Origin: an uncultured archaeon
GTDB taxonomy: Archaea > Thermoproteota > Nitrososphaeria > Nitrososphaerales > Gagatemarchaeaceae
DNA: 64,000 nucleotides
Assembly (NCBI GenBank): GCA_963817525.1
Contig: CAWFOU010000001.1
Coordinates: 736,001-800,000 of the forward strand
Direction of reading: 5' to 3'
The position numbers and the translations under genes are program-made. The notes beneath the pieces were generated by a model that searched no databases, was not told the DNA's origin, and worked only from the letters and a program-made list of their open reading frames with translations. This document shows positions 59,663-64,000 of this stretch, piece by piece; the stretch's first letter is position 1, and the number at the start of each line of letters is the position of its first letter.

Positions 59663-60412
59663 TCATTTCCACTTTGTTAGTATCTCTTCCCTCTTGAAGG
59701 TGGCGATGCTCAGATAGAAGAGGAGCAGGTCTGCCACCAGGAAAATGCCTGACATGATGAGCAGATTGATCGTGGTCAATTGAATCACCCCGATCTCCGT
59801 CAGCACGTAGATGATGAAGAAGGGGAAGACCATCACTCCGGTTATCTGCTGCACGCTTCGAACGTCGTTGGCGCGTGCGGATAGGATGACGGTCAGCTCG
59901 ACTGAGAGAATGCTAGCGAGCGGCGCGAGGACGAGTAGGCTCACTCCGAAGCTCCAGTTTGGATAGTAGAGATAGCCTAGCCCGGCGTGAGTGACTAGGT
60001 CTATCAGGACCATGAAGACTACCGAGCTAGCCCAGATCGCGGCAATCGGCGGGATGAACGAAGCGATGCTCTTTCCCAGCAGAATCTCACCGTCCGTCAT
60101 GGGAGTTGCAAGCAGCGGTTCGAGGCTCTTCTGGATCTTCTCGCCGACTATACTGTACGAGGCAATTCCAGCCGGGAGACTCGCCGCTAAGATCACATAC
60201 CAAAACGAAAACGCGTTCAGAAACGGGGCAACGGATGCTGATATGGCCCCTGTGCCAGCGACGCTTTCGATCGCAACAAGTACCGCGGGAAATCCCAATG
60301 CAACACCGAATGGGGACACCATCGTAGCGTAGAGGACCCCCTTCCTCCTCTTGAAAATCTCAAAATCCTTCGACGCGACCGACCACGCGTTCTGCAGGTC
60401 CACTTCTCTCAC
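59663..60412 (-). CDS. ABC-2 family permease (copy 3)
   Basis: VGEKIQKSLEPLLATP...REEILTKWK. Confidence 0.88.
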   Translation of the reverse strand: MREVDLQNAWSVASKDFEIFKRRKGVLYATMVSPFGVALGFPAVLVAIESVAGTGAISASVAPFLNAFSFWYVILAASLPAGIASYSIVGEKIQKSLEPLLATPMTDGEILLGKSIASFIPPIAAIWASSVVFMVLIDLVTHAGLGYLYYPNWSFGVSLLVLAPLASILSVELTVILSARANDVRSVQQITGVMVFPFFIIYVLTEIGVIQLTTINLLIMSGIFLVADLLLFYLSIATFKREEILTKWK

Positions 60413-61329
60413 TGGCTCCTGACCAGTTTCAGGTACACGTCCTCCAGGGTCGAACTCGCCTCCGTGACGAACTGGATACGGCCTCCCGCGGTTACGATTG
60501 CACTCATAATGTCAGGGTTCTCCTTCTCAGGATCACCCACCCCTATGACGAGCTTGTTGCCCTCGCCCACCTCGACGCCTCCGGTTGCGACCATCTTCGC
60601 TGCAGATATGATCACGTTGTTGACGCTCTCGAGCTTGACCACAATCTTCCGGCCGCTGGCCGACCGTTCGAGGTCTGCCGGGGTGCCCAGGGCCATCAGC
60701 TTGGTGTTCAGAATCGCGATCCTGTCGCAGATCCTCTGTGCCTCGTCGAGATTGTGCGTGTTGAGGAAGATGGTCTTCTTCTCCTTCTTCAGGTCGAGTA
60801 TGAAGTCCCTGACCGTCTTGGACGCTTCCGGGTCGAGGTTGGCAGTAGGCTCGTCCATGAACAAGACCTGCGGATCGTGAATGAGAGCGCGCGCTATGGC
60901 GAGCTTCTGCTTCATCCCCTTGGAGAAGGTTCCTGCCGCCAGATCCTTCTTATCCCATAAACCAAGCAGCTTGAGGAAGTATTCTATCCTCTCACTTCTC
61001 TTCGGTTCTTCGACCTTGTAGTATCTGCCGTAGAAATCCAAGTTCTTGTACGCGGTGAGTTCCTCGTACAGACCAACGTTGTCCGGAACCAGTCCTATGA
61101 CTCTCCTGATTTTTGGTTGATCTGAGCTTTTTCCGATGTCGTATTCCCCAATCTTGGCGGTACCGCTCGTCTTCGATATCAGACATGTCAGCATTCGTAC
61201 AGTGGTGGTCTTCCCGGCGCCATTGGGTCCGAGAAACCCGAAGACTTCCCCATCGTCGACGCGGAGGGTAAGATCGTCGACTGCAGTAAGGTCCCCGAAC
61301 TTCCTCGTAAGGTTCTCGGTCTCAATCAA
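60409..61329 (-). CDS. ABC ATPase (paralog of 50279-51202)
   Basis: GPNGAGKT, FSKGMKQK, MDEPT. Confidence 0.93.
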   Translation of the reverse strand: MIETENLTRKFGDLTAVDDLTLRVDDGEVFGFLGPNGAGKTTTVRMLTCLISKTSGTAKIGEYDIGKSSDQPKIRRVIGLVPDNVGLYEELTAYKNLDFYGRYYKVEEPKRSERIEYFLKLLGLWDKKDLAAGTFSKGMKQKLAIARALIHDPQVLFMDEPTANLDPEASKTVRDFILDLKKEKKTIFLNTHNLDEAQRICDRIAILNTKLMALGTPADLERSASGRKIVVKLESVNNVIISAAKMVATGGVEVGEGNKLVIGVGDPEKENPDIMSAIVTAGGRIQFVTEASSTLEDVYLKLVRSQ

Positions 61330-61413
61330 CTTGAGTTGGTTTCGACTGTCCGCGAGATGTGATATATGAATTGAGGCACAGTATGGAAGCCTGACCACTC
61401 TAGTCGACCCCGC

Positions 61414-61452
61414 GGATTCGCACCTTGTTGGGTACCGACCCCGTCCGGCCTA
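61414..61452 (+). repeat. Cassette boundary site 13 (class B, strongly degenerate)
   Basis: GGATTCGCACC-TTGTTG-GGTACCGACCC-CGTCCGGCCTA. Confidence 0.65.
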
Positions 61453-61483
61453 TCGCTCCCTGTTCCCGATACAGCGGACCGCT

Positions 61484-61996
61484 TCAGCGCAGTCTCTTGA
61501 CCATGAATCGAAGTGCCACCTTGGCGCCTCCGACCCTCTCTACAGCCTTCCCGGACTCGGTGAATCCGGCCTTTCTGTAGAAACTGATTGCCCTCTCATT
61601 GGTCGCTTCCGTCTTCACGCGGACGGAATAGAACCCGCGCTTCCTCGCCGAGTCAAGGGCCTTGCGGAGGAGCCTCGATCCGACCCCCTTTCCGGTCGCA
61701 CCTTCCAGCACCGCTATGCCTGAGAGCTCCCCTTCCCTCGCTTCAACCTTTCTTATGCTGGAGAAGCCGATGATTCTTCGTTCCTCCTCAGCAACCATCA
61801 TCTGGATGGTGGGGGTGGCAAGTCTCTTTTTCAAGAACTCCTCGGAGGCGATTTCCCTGATTGCTCCATCCGTGGCCCCCGCGAACCCAAGCGCGCTGGC
61901 TCCCGCCTCCTTCCACGCCTCGACTAAGAAGACGGAAAGCTTCGAGACGTCGTTTGGTCTCGCTGGTCTTATCACAAGAGAGGTTGGTTTCTCCAT
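61484..61996 (-). CDS. GNAT acetyltransferase
   Basis: GKGVGSRLL, N.RA..FY.K.GF. Confidence 0.9.
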   Translation of the reverse strand: MEKPTSLVIRPARPNDVSKLSVFLVEAWKEAGASALGFAGATDGAIREIASEEFLKKRLATPTIQMMVAEEERRIIGFSSIRKVEAREGELSGIAVLEGATGKGVGSRLLRKALDSARKRGFYSVRVKTEATNERAISFYRKAGFTESGKAVERVGGAKVALRFMVKRLR

Positions 61997-62145
61997 CCTC
62001 AGAGGGTCAGGCGGCGGTTTCGCAACCAAACTGGGCCATCATAAGCCTCTCCGGAATTAAGGATTCTGACGGTCGAAGGGCACAAGTCCAAGAAAACCAC
62101 CGGTATGCTGTCCGATTCGACGCATTCAGGGCTAACTTGGAGACC

Positions 62146-62166
62146 AAACAGCCCCTGGACGGATAA
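62146..62166 (+). repeat. Cassette boundary site 14 (partial)
   Basis: AAACAGCCCCTGGACGGATAA. Confidence 0.65.
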
Positions 62167-62555
62167 TTGACTTCCGCACCGACATGAGATTGGCTCCGGA
62201 ACGGGGTACCGGGACAAATCGAATTGAATCGTGACAATCCTGGACACTAGCGCTCTTCCTGCCGAAAAGCGGCGCGTTTGGGAGCCGTTGAATGAACGGG
62301 GACACAACTGAGCCCTACTTGCCGATAGGATACGGGAGGGAGGCACCAGGCGAACGCGGCGGTCCAGACGGCCGTCCCGACGGGCCGACAGTGCTCGTAC
62401 CGCTGGTCTGGATACCGTGGGCTCAAAGATAGAACAGGAATCCGAATTCGTGCGCCACTCGGCTCATATGTCGGGAACTCGACCACAGACGGGGACGAAG
62501 ATGAGTTACCTCATGGCGCTTTCGGGGGAGCAACCCTAAGGGAGCCAAAGAATCG

Positions 62556-63710
62556 TTGGACCGAGCCTATTATTCAGCCCTGAACAAGACCAGTGTCTCC
62601 TGCAAGACCTGCGAAGTCACTGAGTCGTTCTACTCCAGCATGAGCGTCAAGAGGTTCAGGCTGGAGCATGTGGGTCACGAGGTGATTGACGGCGGCGTCT
62701 ACTTGCCGACAAACCCCAGACAGGATACCGAACACGCGGAAAAGGTGAGGTTGCTGAAGGTGCTGGTAGAGTTGGTCATGCTCCCATCCTACCCGAGTCC
62801 CGTCTTCACGATCACCGGGGTCAAGGACAATTTGAAGAACGCTTTCGTCCAGGTCGTTTCCCCGAGCCAACGCGACCAGGTCAGAGAGACCCTGGAGAAG
62901 GGCAAGTACTTGGATTCTGGTTCAAGCGACACGGTCTACGTCTGGGAGCCCAAGTCGATCAGCTTCTCGGAAGACGCGAACATGGCGATGAGCTTCGGTC
63001 ATTCCTCCGCCCTTGACCCAAATGTCGTCGATCCGCGTGCCTCCGCCGACGAGCATCCGCAGGACGACGCCCCTTCGGTCTCCGGGAACGGTCATGAGAT
63101 TCAGGTTTCTCTGTCCGGCGGGGAACAGACTGCGGTGGTGCTCAGCCAGCCCGCTCCTCGAGAGGCCCCAGTTCTCGATACCCCCGCTGCTCCCTCGGAT
63201 TCCGCGGCGCCTCCCCCTGAACCCGCCGCCTTGCCGGAGGCCGCTCCACAGACCCCGGCGCAAGAGAGCATTGACTCGGCTGCCGCGGTCCCTCTCCCTG
63301 AGACAGAAGCTCCCGCAACACCCTCGCCCGAGCCGGCGGAGGCGTCGATCCCGGCGGAGCCTGAAGGAAAAGAAGCGGACGCTATGCGCCCTGCCGAAGG
63401 CCAGCCAGACGCCAAGGTCGAGGACGACAAGTATCTCCTAGTCTCGCGGTCTTGGTACATCGAAGGGGGGTCCAAGAACATGGGAGAAGCCGTAAGGATC
63501 TCAAGGATCCTGAGGCCCTTCAGGTGGACGGTCGAGCCCGCGTACACCATCGGTGTCATGGTAGACGACATTCTCAGCGTGGAGACAGCAAACGGCGAGA
63601 TAGGCGGAGACATGACGAAGGAGGTTGAGGGGGCCGGGTACAAACTCGCCCGCGTCAGCGTGGTAAAGGGAAAGCCTGTCGCCTGGTTCAAGAAGGAGCG
63701 GGTGTCCTAA
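62556..63710 (+). CDS. Hypothetical protein with N-terminal CxxC..H..H motif and Pro/Ala/Glu-rich linker
   Basis: CKTC...EHVGH; low-complexity middle region. Confidence 0.65.
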   Translation: MDRAYYSALNKTSVSCKTCEVTESFYSSMSVKRFRLEHVGHEVIDGGVYLPTNPRQDTEHAEKVRLLKVLVELVMLPSYPSPVFTITGVKDNLKNAFVQVVSPSQRDQVRETLEKGKYLDSGSSDTVYVWEPKSISFSEDANMAMSFGHSSALDPNVVDPRASADEHPQDDAPSVSGNGHEIQVSLSGGEQTAVVLSQPAPREAPVLDTPAAPSDSAAPPPEPAALPEAAPQTPAQESIDSAAAVPLPETEAPATPSPEPAEASIPAEPEGKEADAMRPAEGQPDAKVEDDKYLLVSRSWYIEGGSKNMGEAVRISRILRPFRWTVEPAYTIGVMVDDILSVETANGEIGGDMTKEVEGAGYKLARVSVVKGKPVAWFKKERVS

Positions 63711-64000
63711 TGCGATTCCTGGGTCGGAGCCTTTGCTCGCCACTCTGAGTATTCCTCGAGGAACCGAAACCCCATCCGCTCGTAGATCGGTCTGCCCATC
63801 TCGGTCGCCTGGAGATAGCTGAGGGCGCAGCCGGCGCTTCTGCTGTCCTCGATGCCCCGCCAGGTCATCGATTCCCCGTACCCCCGGCGCCTGAACTCAG
63901 GAAGGGTGCTGACGAAATAGATTCCCGCGACTTCACCGGTCGTTATGCGCGTCGACGTCGCGACAGGCTTGTCCCCCACGTACCCGACGTAGCTAGAGCT
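63707..64000 (-). CDS. GNAT acetyltransferase, partial (runs off the window)
   Basis: V.TLPEFRRRGYG, LQAT.MG..IYERMGF. Confidence 0.88.
   Translation of the reverse strand, partial: SSSYVGYVGDKPVATSTRITTGEVAGIYFVSTLPEFRRRGYGESMTWRGIEDSRSAGCALSYLQATEMGRPIYERMGFRFLEEYSEWRAKAPTQESH

Larger units (their letters stand above)
37905..62166 (+). mobile_element. tRNA-Gln-anchored array of integrase-free gene cassettes
   Basis: About 14 same-orientation intergenic repeats ending in the tRNA-Gln 3' end, each separating functionally self-contained gene blocks. Confidence 0.85.

Noticed and set aside
39427-62166. CRISPR array interpretation of the repeats
   Set aside because: Spacing is 0.7-3.5 kb with whole genes in between, and no cas genes are present.
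39427-62166. Canonical integron attC sites
   Set aside because: There are no RYYYAAC...GTTRRRY ends or long hairpin, no adjacent intI, cassette genes face both ways, and the core matches a tRNA.

Overview
This is a GC-rich archaeal chromosome segment. It carries a histone, Cgi121, eS17 and a SAMP-like protein; a non-ammonia-oxidising Nitrososphaerota affiliation is my inference only. The left ~21 kb is mostly housekeeping: a HerA-like ATPase truncated next to a tyrosine recombinase, AK6, msrA, TatD, tRNA-modification genes, tpiA, gdhA, a PfkA-family kinase, a class I aldolase and one complete IS5-family element. Three tRNA genes (Glu-CTC, Arg-CCG, Gln-CTG) each nucleate an accessory region. 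The main find is about 24 kb downstream of tRNA-Gln, divided into about 14 integrase-free cassettes of 0.7-3.5 kb by a same-orientation repeat ending in the tRNA's last 13 nt (CCTGGACGGGCTA). The cassettes carry VapBC toxin-antitoxin pairs, transporters, regulators, detoxification enzymes and surface proteins. Similar tRNA-3'-derived sites punctuate the tRNA-Arg and tRNA-Glu regions, and Arg-type and Glu-type sites are nested inside the Gln array. Together this suggests an integron-like, tRNA-anchored gene-cassette system that shuffles cargo between loci. All family calls come from reading motifs by eye; no searches were run.
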